59,056 bases of DNA, from contig KZ538609.1 of assembly GCA_000934665.2 (NCBI GenBank), positions 1 to 59,056 of the forward strand. The letters are read 5' to 3'. The number at the start of each line of letters is the position of its first letter. The stretch's first letter is position 1. The notes beneath the pieces are model-generated. The model searched no databases and was not told the DNA's origin. It saw nothing but the letters and a program-made list of their open reading frames with translations. The translations under genes and the position numbers were made by a program. Positions 11,703 to 24,032 of this stretch are shown piece after piece. The stretch is from Catajapyx aquilonaris (Eukaryota).

Positions 11703-13005
11703 TTAAGGCAGTTGTAAATTACTGAAGGTTCTGCGGTAGAGTGCTAGTTTTTCACGCTTGTCACAATTGTATGTTATGAATTTATTAAATTGTCTGCCCT
11801 ATTAGGCTTTGTTTTATGGAAAGAATGTTATGAATATGATGTAATTATGGCAATGCAATGTTTTCATGAATGGGAGGTCCCCTGAGAGGGCCTGCTGGCC
11901 CCCAAGCTAACAATAAAATTAATGCACACCAACATTTATGGAGTGAATTGCAAATGTGTGGAAGAGCTAAGTGATGTTTTTGCATTTCTGGGGTTTTAAT
12001 ATGTTTCTAGAGAGCAAAATTTGTTGTAAGTCTGTCACCAGAGCTATATCACAAATCTTTTTCTAACATGATGTAACGTTATGAGATATCAAGTTTCGGT
12101 TTGTTTAGCACGAAGTAGTGTGAAAAGGAAGATAATGTCCTTGTACAATTTTTCACTACACAATAATATTTTTCCTAACTTCTCTATCTTGAATCTTCCA
12201 CATCTGGAAGTTTTTCCCTGGTCCCTTGGCAATTCTAGTTAGAGAAGTTCTACATATTATATTGCCAGTGTTTCAGTCATCACATGTAGCTACTTGATTA
12301 TGGCCCCTAGTCTGGTCATCCTGGGTAGCTTGCCCACTAGGCGACTAGGGTAACTTGTTGTTTACCTCTATCATTTTATACATGTTGCCCAGTGGGTAAT
12401 TTAACCAGGATGTCCTGAGTAGAGTGCTATTCCTATAGTCCCCGGCCAGCTAACTTGGCAGTCTGCCCACCCAACACTCCCAGCCAATGGCGTACCTGGA
12501 TGAAGATGGCGGGAATGGAGAAGTCGAGGTGAAGTGGGGAAGAGTGACATTAACCGGAACATCCGCCGGATCATTTGCTGGATGCTTTTCCAGAAGCTAG
12601 GCCAGATGCTTGAAATACATGTGTAGAGTACATATTGTCATTAAAGGTTTGCTTTAAAATGTGTGTCGCAACAAATCACGTTATCAATATTTCCAAGTTT
12701 AATTGTCATCACAGTAGGCATCTCTCGCTCTCTCCCTCTCCCTCTCCCCCCTCTGGGTAGTGGAGGGATACACATTTGGTGACGTAGGAGGCAGCAGGAG
12801 GTAGTAGTAGTGTCGGCGGGGGGCAAGAGGGGCGTTGCCAGAAAACCCCACCCTGGCAGGTTAGGGGGCAATCTACTGTAGTAGTAGAATCTGTTGGCTA
12901 TAGTGATTTGAGTTGTCGTGGCAATGACAACAGATTGTTAGTTTCACTGTAGAATATTGCCATTGAATTCAAAATTGGAAGGTCAAGAGTAGACAGTTTT
13001 ACACT

Positions 13006-13051
13006 ATGTCAGAAGAATTCTCCACTACATCAACTCCACCATATCTTGAAG
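13006..13051 (+). CDS. Nested unassigned gene, candidate leader exon A (MSEEFSTTSTPPYLE)
   Basis: ATG with an upstream in-frame TGA; AAG|GTGATG donor in phase 1, matching the phase-1 acceptor at 24033; acceptor AG at 12951-12952. Confidence 0.5.
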
Positions 13052-15568
13052 GTGATGTAACTGATTAAAATCATAACATAACTCAGTGGTGTATAAACCA
13101 TCAGTTCATGTGGAATTTTTTATAAAATAATTTTATAAAATTTTATAAAATTGATGTTCTCAACATAGCGTGATATCCAGAGGGCTTGTCACTGCAGCAT
13201 CAGTATGCTTAATATGCAAGTTTTTAAATTATTTAGATCATCCTGTATGTATTAAGGGTGTCCAAATGAAAAGAGGATGAACATTGTAGCACACACCCCC
13301 GACATGATATAAAAAAGCCTAGTGTGCCAATCAATCTGTTACTGGTTCCGCACTCAACTTCACCTGTGAGTTACATTGTGTGATGTCAGGCATTATTGAA
13401 CAGGAATTTTTGATAGTTAGCAGGGTGAGTTGTGTGTCTGTCCAATGCCGGAGCAGACGTCCACCAGATTCCTTGAATCATAAGAAGTGACCACTGTTGG
13501 GACAAACGAGTAGTGACCAGACACAACCTTTAGGGCTACCTCCAACACCTCTCTGGAATTGGTCAAGTCCAAGACATTGACCTCCAGAATGAAATTGACA
13601 ACCTCTTTCAGGATGCACACGTGGTTTTCAAAAGTGACTGCAACACCTAAGACATTGCAGAATTGGCTGTAAATTTGAGCAAAACACAGCAACAAAACAA
13701 TTTCTGTCTACTCATTCGTCCCAACAGTGGTCACTTGTTACGCTTTGAGAGACCTGGTGGATGTCTGGTTGCGCAACAAAGGCTTAAATCGTGGGGGCGT
13801 ACTGGACAGACACGACTCACCCTGTTAGCTACCAAAAATTCCTGTTCATGAACACCTGACGTCATACACAATCATGTAACTCATAGGTAAAGGTGCTGCA
13901 ACCAGGGTGGGAGAGAGGGGGGGCAGGGGGGGGGGGAATTCCCCGTGCCCGCGTGACCCGGTAGTATTCGTCAAAAACTTGTTTTTTCGCTTTGATGCAT
14001 GGTAAAATTTTTAAGTGGATAATATTAATAAGATATGAATTTTGCTGGCGTCAAAAAATGTTTGAAATTGAATCAGAATGCGTGTACAGTGTTGGATATT
14101 AATCGAGTCACACTGCTAGCGACATTTTCCGAAGTGGCAGAAGAATGAATCGAAGATATGGATAGTGCAAGTCCCCAGTCATTCTCCCTTTTCGAATGTA
14201 TAACAGTTGGTTTCCTGTCCAGGTTGCCAGGGAACCTGTTCGGGATAAATAATTAAAAAGCGCGTGGGCAACAGGGAACCAACTGTTCTATTTCGGAAGT
14301 ACTCCCTCCGATTTTACGAAGTGAGGTGGTGAAACCGTTTTAGTAGCTGTGCAAAAACCACTAGCCCAAATTAATCATGCTTTGGAGGAGTAAGAGAGGA
14401 CAACTTTTGCCATCGCACACCTTCGAGATATTTCCCAAATTCGAATCCGGAGCCAAGATGTCATGAGCCATTTTACAAAAACTCTTCCCCTTGTAGATCT
14501 CGCAATTATAATTCTAATTGATCGAAACTTCGTTGAGGGCTCAACTGGCCCTTCCTCGCCATGCTGTGAAAATTTCGAGTCCGTACCTCCAGCGAGACGC
14601 CCGCATCAGCAGTGCAAAGAGAACGCTGCCCCTGTGACTCGGCCAAACTTGACCCGCGATTCTGAAAAAGCGCATAAGTATCTGGCACCCTTAATATGCA
14701 AGTTTTTAAATTATTTAGATCACCCTGTATGTATTTGTAAGTGTGGCAACCCATTGGCTCGCTTAAAATTGTTATTAGCAGTGTAGGCCATAAATACTAC
14801 TTTGGAATATAAATTACATGGTAGTCAGCATTCTTTTGTTTTTAAACTATGCAAAGTATTACCACATTCCAAAAAGACACCTTTTCGTTGTAACATTTAA
14901 GAAAACTTTCTACAAGAATTAACATAGCCACATGATAGTATACAATCATCTTGAACTACTACTGGACACAAACCCTATTCAGATCCTAGCATTTTTCTAT
15001 TCTTCCTCCCTGCCGGTTGCCCCGCGAAGCGGGGCCACCAGCCCGCGAGAAAGGAATAGTGGGAAATCGCTACGCTCCCAATGTTAATTTCCCGACTGCA
15101 TAACTCGCGATCGGGTTAATCGATTTCAAATCGGAAACAAGATTTACACTCCGCTCACTCCAGTTTCAAACTTTAGATAGATAAACAACAACTAGGGCCA
15201 TTACCGGGGTCACTATCCGGGGTCAAAGTTCAAAAATGTGTCGTTACTTCGACAAGGGTACAGCCTAAACGGTGCGTCGTAGAGGGTCATACAATGTGTT
15301 ATGAGAACCGCAATGTTCCCAGGAAGCGCCCTTCTGCCTACCTTTTTTTGAGGAAAACCTTTACTTTTTGTGTTTCGAGGCGATTTAGATAGTGTCAGTT
15401 TTGTGGCTCTCGCGCTCTTTCTGTACCGAGACCGGATATACTTGGGAGGGGGGTCCCAGTCTGGAGCCCTCTTCCCCCACAGGAGGTTGAAGAGGGGGGA
15501 AATTTTGGGACGAAAGGGGGGACATCAGCAGGTTTTTACTTTATTCTGGTGATGAAAAGAATTAAATA

Positions 15569-15934
15569 AAAATAGGCAGTAAAACTGCAGAAAACTATTC
15601 TTCCTTTGCTGTGTGAGATTAAAAGTAAGAAACAAGTCCATAGGTGAGGGTTGGTTCGTGTCATAGGGATGTGTGATAATTAAATTTAATTCAAAACATT
15701 CGTGCTTTGGGGCTGGGAAGAATTAGGCAGATATCGCTTTTATATGTACTGTACTTCTCCGACTCTCATACTCTGCCTAATTCTTCCCAGCCCCAAAGCA
15801 CGAATGTTTTGAATTAAATTTAATTATCACACATCCCTATCACACTAACCAACCCCCACCTATGGACTTGTTTCTTACTTTTAACCTCACACAGCAAAGG
15901 AAGAATAGTGTTCTGCAGTTTTACTGCCTATTTT
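15569..15934. repeat. Palindrome with ~163-bp arms and ~40-nt loop
   Basis: 15569-15731 is the reverse complement of 15772-15934 with few mismatches. Confidence 0.85.
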
Positions 15935-16740
15935 AATTTTAAACTGTGGCACCAAATGTTGTAAGCCTATGTCAAGCACTTTCAGTGCCAAATATATTCC
16001 TTTATCTGGAGGTCACTCCCTAGGCCTCATTTACCAGAAAGTTTCTGGAGATCACAAAATAAGGGAAGGTCTGGGTGTTCAAAGATGCGCCACTTGAACT
16101 ATTTTAGAGTGGGAAACCCTGGTATGAAATGCAAATGACATCTGCTGATTTCAATCAGGCATTTTCATGAGTCACACACCACCAGCTCAAGTGGGAAGTG
16201 GAGCATTTTGAAAACAGTCTTGCATCAAGGATCAACACATGTTTTGCCTTCACCAGGATGAATTAACAGGTAAATGCCTATAGGGAGTGTCCAAGAGATG
16301 AAGGAATAGGCTTGATGGTTTGAGGGCTCACCACACTTTACAAAATGTGGGACCCAAGCTTGAAAAGTGCTTTGATTGACATGACATTTGCATACTGCAG
16401 TAGCTGAAGATTTGCGCTATTGTGTTGAATTTAATGAAATGCTGGTTATGAAAAATTTCATCGTCAGAAGGTACTCACTTTTGAAATGCTGTAATACACC
16501 CTGAGAATTGTTACCATAATTGCATATTCTAAGAGCCAATGAATGTTGGAGTGTATCATGGAAGCACACAACTGCTTACCTGGCAACTGTCAAAATAAGC
16601 AGCCCACAAGATATAATCATATCATGAAGTTGTTATTGATATACCAGCATGATAATATGTGATAAACTATGAATGTTAACTAGAGTGTTGCAATTCACCT
16701 CTGTTTGGCAGCAACATACTGAAAGCTATACTGTTAGCAT

Positions 16741-17505
16741 ATCCGGAAAGTAAGGTCTGTTTATTTATTAGAAAAACCACAATGCACCACCAAAATTTTT
16801 ATTTACACATGAAATCAACAACTGTCTACCTTTTTTTCAAAATAGTTTCCAAACCAATCGAGGCATTTTTCATGGAGTTACACAAGATTTTGTATGCCTA
16901 TGTCATAGAGGTCTGCCACCAGCCATTTCCGTGATCCCTGCACGCTGGTCTGCAACTCTTCGTCATCGTCAACCTTCTGCTTTGCAAGCCATTTCTTCCT
17001 GTCCATGGGCAGGTGGTAATCGCTAAGCTCTAAATCCCGGGTGATCGAACAATTCGCCTGTGAATTTCGTATTGCGTAGCGGCATGTTGAGTTCCTGGTG
17101 TTTATCTTGCACGACAATGCCTGACTGCCTACTGCCTTGCTTACTGGAACCCAGACGCAACAGTTCAAGTGAGGATTGTTCGATGACTTAGATCTTCAGG
17201 GATTTAGAGCCTAGCGATTACCACCTGCCCATGGACAGGGAGAAATTATTGCTTGCAAAGCAGAAGGTTGACCATGACGAGGAGTTACAATCCAGCGTTC
17301 AGGGATTGCACAAATTTAATGGCTGGCGGCAGACCTCTATGACATAGGCGTACAAAATCTTGTGTAACTCAATGAAAAATGCCTCGATTTATTTGGAAGC
17401 TATTTTGGAAAAAAAGTAGACAGTTGTCGATTTCAGATGTGTAAATAAAATTTTGGGGGGGGGGGGGGCGCAATGTGGTTTTTCTAATAAATAACAGACC
17501 TTCTC
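16741..17505. mobile_element. Mariner-derived foldback (two inverted transposase 3' ends)
   Basis: ~290-bp arms; KKWLAKQKVDDDEELQTSV...ADLYDIGIQNLV resembles a mariner C-terminus. Confidence 0.75.
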
Positions 17506-17528
17506 CTTGGACACACCTTGACTGTTAA

Positions 17529-18327
17529 CCCCTTCAGCCCCAGATCGGCCCGAACCACACAGTTTTCGGCTAACGCGTACTCCGAAGATACGGACAAGAT
17601 ATTTTGCAAATAATAACAGCTATACTTACGAGATCTGGGAAAACCCTATGAATGTGTCTGGAACCATTTTACTCGTCTAGAAGTCCCTAAATTAATTTCC
17701 AAAAAAGGGGTATAATAACTCGAAATTGGACTACTGCCGCCCAACTTTTAGGCTGATTTAATGATGAAATGCGTGAAAATATGCGGAATAACAACCTTGA
17801 GAACCATACCAGAGGAATTTGCTGAAATCGTCGTGCTTTGCGAGAAATAAATTAATACTTATTTGCGGCTTTCTGGCACTTCGGAAAACTTCGGAAAACT
17901 CCCAAATTTATTTGTTTCTCATGAAGTGCGACGATTTCAGAAAATTCATCTCATACTCATTTAGGAGTTTTCCTAAGTGCTAGAAAGCCGCAAATAAATA
18001 TTAATTTATTTCTTGCAAAGTACGACGATTTCAGCAAATTCGTCTGGCATGGTTCTCAAGGTTGTTATTCCGCATATTTTCACGCATTTCATAATTAAAT
18101 CAGCCTAAAAGTTGGGCGGCAGTAGTCCAATTTCGAGTTATTATACCCCTTTTTTGGAAATTAATTTAGGGACTTCTAGACGAGTAAAATCGTTCCAGAC
18201 ACATTCATAGGGTTTTCCCAGATCTCGTAAGTGTAGCTGTTATTATTTGCAAAATATCTTGTCCGTATCGTCGGAGTACGCGTTAGCCGAAAACTGTGTG
18301 GTTCGGGCCGATCTGGGGCTGAAGGGG
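17529..18327. mobile_element. piggyBac-type foldback MITE
   Basis: TTAA|CCCC...GGGG|TCAA ends; near-perfect arms of more than 300 bp. Confidence 0.85.
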
Positions 18328-18542
18328 TCAAAAGCTAGCAGTAAGTGCCATATCAACAAACTGACTTAAATTGCAGTTAGCTCTGAACAGTTAAAGGTCC
18401 GAGAAACCAGCCCATGAGGTCACTATGATTTCAACTTACTGTTAGTAAACAAACAACCCCACCTCTATCTCATTATTTATGAATTGCCATGGAAATGTCA
18501 TAAGTCTTTGATATACATTGTTAGTTTTGCCATACCATTCAG

Positions 18543-18623
18543 GAGTTGCAGGATACCAAATTTTATTCCATTTGACAATGTCAGAAGAATTTTTCCCAGT
18601 TTTGGATCTACTCTTTCCTGAAG
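18543..18623 (+). CDS. Nested unassigned gene, candidate leader/cassette exon B (ATG 18578: MSEEFFPVLDLLFPE)
   Basis: Paralogous to 13006-13051; TTCAG acceptor, AAG|GTGATG donor, open frame in phase 1 to 1. Confidence 0.5.
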
Positions 18624-18729
18624 GTGATGCAGTGATAATATTTATTGTAGTAATAATAATATTAGTAATGGTAATAATAGGAATAGTGATAATTATGATG
18701 ATGATGATATACCTACTGTCCCTCTAGGG

Positions 18730-18974
18730 CAGTGGTGCCCAACCTGTGGGTTGCGACACCCAAGGGGGTTGCGAAGCCTTTTCCGGGGGGTCATGTGGTG
18801 GCCGCTGTAATTTATACTTGCAAGAAATTTTATAGGAAATATCACCATGAAGGTTTTTAATGTTTTAATATGTCTACTGCATTAATCTTCTAATAATACT
18901 CGGGGTGAGGCGGTCGCATGTTACGTGACTATCGTAAAAGGGGGTCGTGACCCCCCAAAAAATTGGGAACGCTG
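18730..18974. mobile_element. hAT-type MITE
   Basis: CAGTGGTGCCCAAC...TTGGGAACGCTG ends; 8-bp TSD CTCTAGGG/CTCTATGG. Confidence 0.75.
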
Positions 18975-19040
18975 CTCTATGGTTTCTTATGTAATCATGT
19001 ATCCATTTAAAACATGGAACGTATGTAATAACCTAATTTT

Positions 19041-19262
19041 GGGAGGCGGAGTGGTGCTGCGGTAACGCACGCGCCCACGGATGTTAGGGTCCCGGGTTCG
19101 ATCCCAGCCCGGGGTTCCCCCCTTAATCTCGTGCAGAGTTGGGCCATCTCTGGCTTTGTCTCGGGTGGAAATTTCCGCTAGACTAATCCACCTGGGGGAG
19201 TTCACAAAATGACCAATATACGACATTGCACTTGCACTTTGCACATCCCCTCCTACTTACCC
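19041..19262 (+). mobile_element. tRNA-derived SINE, family B
   Basis: GGGAGGCGGAGTGGTGCTGCGG head, GGTTCGATCC B box. Confidence 0.75.
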
Positions 19263-19362
19263 TTGGAACAATTAAAACATACACATTATGTACTGTTCAA
19301 ACATGGTGGTATCCCACTCCCCTAACAAGGGCCCAGGCCCGATAACCGGGTACAGTTACTAA

Positions 19363-19409
<47 letters not shown>

Positions 19410-19552
19410 CTAATTTTTGAGGGATTTTGAGAACTGGGCGAACTGCTAGAGAACAATGCATCCATAGCAAAACCATGAAAGCGTAGCAAGTATACCTGTG
19501 AAGACTGTGCATATGAGAAATTCCATTGTTCAACCATGGGATGTGTAAATAG

Positions 19553-20784
19553 CAGGGCTGCAAAAGTAAACTAAACTAAACTGAAAGAACTGTATGTCCT
19601 GCGTTTCTGTTCACAGAAACGATTCTGGAACCGAAACTAAATGCAGGAACGAAATGCTGGAAACGAAAGTCAATGAAACAAAACTTCGGGTTCTCGGAAC
19701 GAAACAATTCGGGAATCGAAAGTGATTTAGGTAACCATTGACATGGTTACTGAACCAATTTGGTTTCAGTCCGAGCTTGGACTGATGAACATTTCGTTTC
19801 GTTAGTCTGTGACATGAGCTATGATGTAGCTGTAACCAGCGTGCCGTTCCATTGCGGGCGCGTTGGGACATACAGTACCTGCGGTGTTGGCTGCCCATGG
19901 TGAAGGGGGCCGACTCTCATGCACGTGTTCTCGCCTTGTTATTATTTTATTCCCGTTCGCCTGGCGTGTCTCGTGTCACGGGCTTTGGTCACGGGCTTCA
20001 CTGTTAGGAGTTCGGAGCTAGGGATGGGAAAATCGAGATCGATTTAATCGAAAAATCGATTATTGCCCAGAAAAAATCGACTTTTCGAAATCGATTTTGA
20101 GGACAGCATAAATCATAATATTCGAATCTGTCCCTCGAATAATCGATTTTCTGCGAAATTGTTATCAACACGGAACGGCACTTTGTACATTGGCGCTGAT
20201 GGAAATATGAAAGTATTACCGATCTTTCTACTTGCTTATATCCGATTTGCTTACTGTTGTATAGGTCTAGGATGATTCCACTGTACTCTGTCAGTTACAT
20301 TCACCAAAGCTTATGTGACCTTGAACCCCGGGCATTCCCCCCTTTCATCTTGTGCGGAGTTCGGGGTCATCTCCGGCTTCGTCTAGGGTGGGATTTCCGA
20401 TAGACGAACCACCCAGGGGAGCTCACAAAATGACCATAGTGCCGACATTGCACTGCACATTGCACATCCCCTCCCAGTCACCCTGACCTTAGACCAGGGC
20501 TCTTCGCTAGGGCTGTGCGATGTTTCGATTCATCGACTGTCGATACGATATTTTCCTAATATCGAAGTTGCGATATCCGCCGCTTGGCATGTGCAATGTA
20601 TCTAATATCGCGATGTCGGTTTGCGATATTTTTCGATGTCGGTTCGATGTCGGTTTTTCGATTTTCGATATATCGACTTCGATTAGATATCGCACAGCCC
20701 TAGTCTTCGCTGTCAAACTAAATGTACACGTTGACAAAGTAAAGGTCTGTGCCAAAACCTCATCTGAGGTACGGCACTATACTC

Positions 20785-20854
<70 letters not shown>

Positions 20855-21591
20855 GAATGTGCTCATCGTGACACTGTCTCATGTGCTTTGTGTTAATCGT
20901 AATCAAGGATTCCGGAAACAAAGTAAGCCTGTCTGAAACTCATTAACCGGGTGTTCCACGAAGATAAGAGTGCCACAATTGTCAATGCAGCAAGTGGACT
21001 TATTGGTGTGGGAATCGAACGCAAAATACTTTCTGATGAAGTCTAATGGGGGTCGTCCATACCTCTTCCCTTGGCCGTAACTCATCTTGAAATAGATCTT
21101 TCGATACAGCCTAGTCTCGTCACCAGCAGGATGTAGGTAGTCAAATTAGACCGAAGTGCCCATCGCACGCATGACAATGCTAATGATAATATTCCGTACT
21201 GCCAACCGTCCAGTATGGCCTGTACTCTAGGCCAGGATTTCTCAAAATGTGGCAAACTGGCAACACACCATACCAGTGCGCTGCCTCTACGTATAGGCGG
21301 CAGAGCACCGGTTTCCATACCCGAAATGAAACCTCTTACCCAGGTTCCGATATGTTGGGTTCCCGAAACGATTACCCTTATCCGGCGGAACGAAACTAAA
21401 ACAGAACAAGAAGGAGATTCGTTATGAACTGCCCGTTCAGTTTCTAAGAATCGTTTAGTTTCCGTAACAAAACAGAACGTGGTCCGGATAATTTAGTTTC
21501 GTTTCCGAACCGAAATGGTATGCTAACATGTTTGGTTTCGTGTCCGTCGGAACGAAACTTCTCTTTCGTTTAATTTAGTATTGCAGCCCTG
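19553..21591 (-). mobile_element. Deleted hAT element with BED-finger remnant and nested insertions
   Basis: CAGGGCTGCAA TIRs, TSD GTAAATAG/GTAAATAT, GAAAC-type subterminal repeats, GRPP...IRKYF...STCCIDNCG at 20903-21085. Confidence 0.75.
20508..20702. mobile_element. hAT-type MITE with TCGAT-like repeats
   Basis: TAGGGCTGTGCGAT TIRs; TSD CTCTTCGC/GTCTTCGC. Confidence 0.8.
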
Positions 21592-22367
21592 GTAAATATA
21601 TAATACCCTGCAACACTACACCATCTGCTTCCCTTCCAAAATGAAAGATGAAGAATGGAATGGGGATCAAACTCAGTACCTTTGTACTCCAATGCAGTTG
21701 TTGCTCCATTCAGTGAACTCCCTGCTCCACTCTATAGGCTGTGTAACAGTTTGTCTTTAATGTCTCATGGCTGTACAGGGTTGGTGGCAATTCGGTACAA
21801 AAAAGCCTTAATAATATGAGAGTTGTCAATTGGGCGTGCCTTGAACCAAATATTTGAACATAAAGTCTTTTCTGTCCACCGACCTCTGCACCAGCTGTAT
21901 GTGTTGCTCGATTACTATTCATTAATTTCATATAGGCCCCTCTGTCAATCAACAACTGAATGAGTTTTGTTTGTTTGTTATGTTATCTCATGTGCAGTGT
22001 CAGTGGCTGCGTGTTTGTTTGTTTTATATCTCACACATGCCTAGATCTTGTTGAAGGTACAAGTACAAATGAGGGGCTCTGTGCAACATAGTCCTATGCC
22101 ACATCTGGTTCATTTCGAGATAATGAAGGATTTAGATTTAGATTTCTGCAGCTAGACAGCAGATCCGATAAGACTACTTCCCGTATACCCGTATACCGTT
22201 CTGTTGATGAACCGGGAAAATTTTAACTCAGATGCTGTAGCATGTCTTTGGGGATCTATATATGGCCTTAACGCATTCTGTCAGAAAATGTGGCATAGGA
22301 CTATGTTGCACAGAGCCCCTGAAATATTTGTTGGAACAATCTTATACCATGTACATTATTATAATTA

Positions 22368-22685
22368 TCACACACACGCACCCACACATGTGGCCCAATA
22401 GCTATGGGGACTTGGGAAACACACCTTTTTCGACGCGAGTGTAAACTAACCTACCCTACCCTACCCTACCCTACCCTACCCTACCCTACCCTACCCTACC
22501 CACCCTACCCACCCTACCCTAACTAACCTAGGCTGACATAAATGGACTTTTGTAAAACGGTGCTATAGGTAACTGAACTGTGGGGACGTGTCCCCACAGT
22601 AATAGTGCCAAATACCTGTGGGGACCGAGAAATGTCCCCAGAGTCAGGTCCTGTCCCTGGAGTTACGGTAAAAACACCGATCACT
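22368..22685 (+). repeat. Unclassified dispersed repeat with (CCCTA/CCTAA)n core
   Basis: Second copy at 52080-52430 shares CCTAGGCTGA-AATGGACTTTTGT and GTGGGGAC...GTCCCCAC motifs. Confidence 0.7.
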
Positions 22686-23306
22686 CTGGCCAGTGCCAGT
22701 GCCTGTACCCTCCCAGCCCATCTTCCTCTGTTCTCCCATTGTTAGTGGACCATACTAACTATGCTTGATTCCTCTGATACCCCCTCCTCTGACTTGGTCC
22801 TGTACCATTACCGCCTGAACCCATCTGCCATGGGCAATGCAGCCCCTCTGCCGCCTGTCCTTTTGTCCGGCCACCAAACTCTGCAGGCCCCTTTCCAATT
22901 ATTTTAAGTGTTGTCCAAATATCATACTTCGATAGCAAAAGGAATTCTCAGGATGACACCATAGGACTAGCAATCCCCTATCCCCATTTCCTGAGCTTGC
23001 CCATGGGCAGTGTAGGGACTGAAGGGTCTCCAGATTCCATGCATAAAACTAACCATTTCATTGGCACATCAAGATGCCATTATTTTCCAAAGCCTTCCAA
23101 AGCCCTGTATGCAAGGTCAACAAACACCACTGAATTGACTGTTACTCTAAGTCTCTAACTCTATGGGAGATGTAAGAAGTTGCCGTTAAGTAGCCTGTAG
23201 CAGACCTACACATTTAAATGATCCACGTGAGGCTTATTGTTGGGACTTGCCTTGAATCCCCACTTTTAAACCAGGCATTCCTTTTGTGCTCTTCACTGTT
23301 CATGTA

Positions 23307-23309
<3 letters not shown>

Positions 23310-23357
<48 letters not shown>

Positions 23358-23630
23358 TCATACCCCGTTATCATCCATCGGCTCTTTAGGGGGGAAGTTT
23401 GTTTTGCCTGGAACTCTTTGCTTTTCATTTTACTGCACTCTTTGGGATAAGATAGGGATGGAAGGAAGCGGCTGTGGCCTATTAATTACTGAAGCAACTC
23501 CGGAATTTCCCTGGAAAGACCGTGGGAAACCACAGAAAACCACGGTCAGATTTGCCGGCCCCGGGATTTGAACCCAGGACCTCCCGATTAGCAGTCGGAC
23601 GCCTTATCCACTATGCTAACCTGCTTCGGT
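23310..23630 (-). mobile_element. tRNA-derived SINE, family C
   Basis: B box GGTTCAAATCC on the minus strand; matches 36935-37245 and 38560-38800. Confidence 0.7.
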
Positions 23631-24032
23631 CTGTTCATGTAATTATTGTACATGATGGACAACACTTAGGAAACTTTCTCCAATTGCTGCATACCCTTGT
23701 ATTCAAGTCAAGTGCCAGAGGGGCAAGGCTGCACTCTTATCTTACACAGACTGATGAGTAGTCCAATCTCAGACAAACAAAAACAAAAAAGTTCTTGCCT
23801 CATTTTTATGTATTTACACGCACCCCTAAATACACAGCATATTTTACAATTCATTGATCAGGAAACTACAGTATTTATTTCTATAATATTTTTTACATTA
23901 AAGGTGGCTTTTTCGCATAATATAGCTGTACAAGGGAATTATTATGAACAAACCTGCTGCAAATTGTAATGTACCAGCAACCAATTGCCAAAATGTAGTT
24001 TTTTTCTTCTTCCAAAATTATGTGCTGGGCAG

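Noticed and set aside
22446..22530. True telomere or CRISPR-like array
   Set aside because: Short degenerate pentamer tract inside a dispersed repeat; no spacers or cas genes; eukaryotic context
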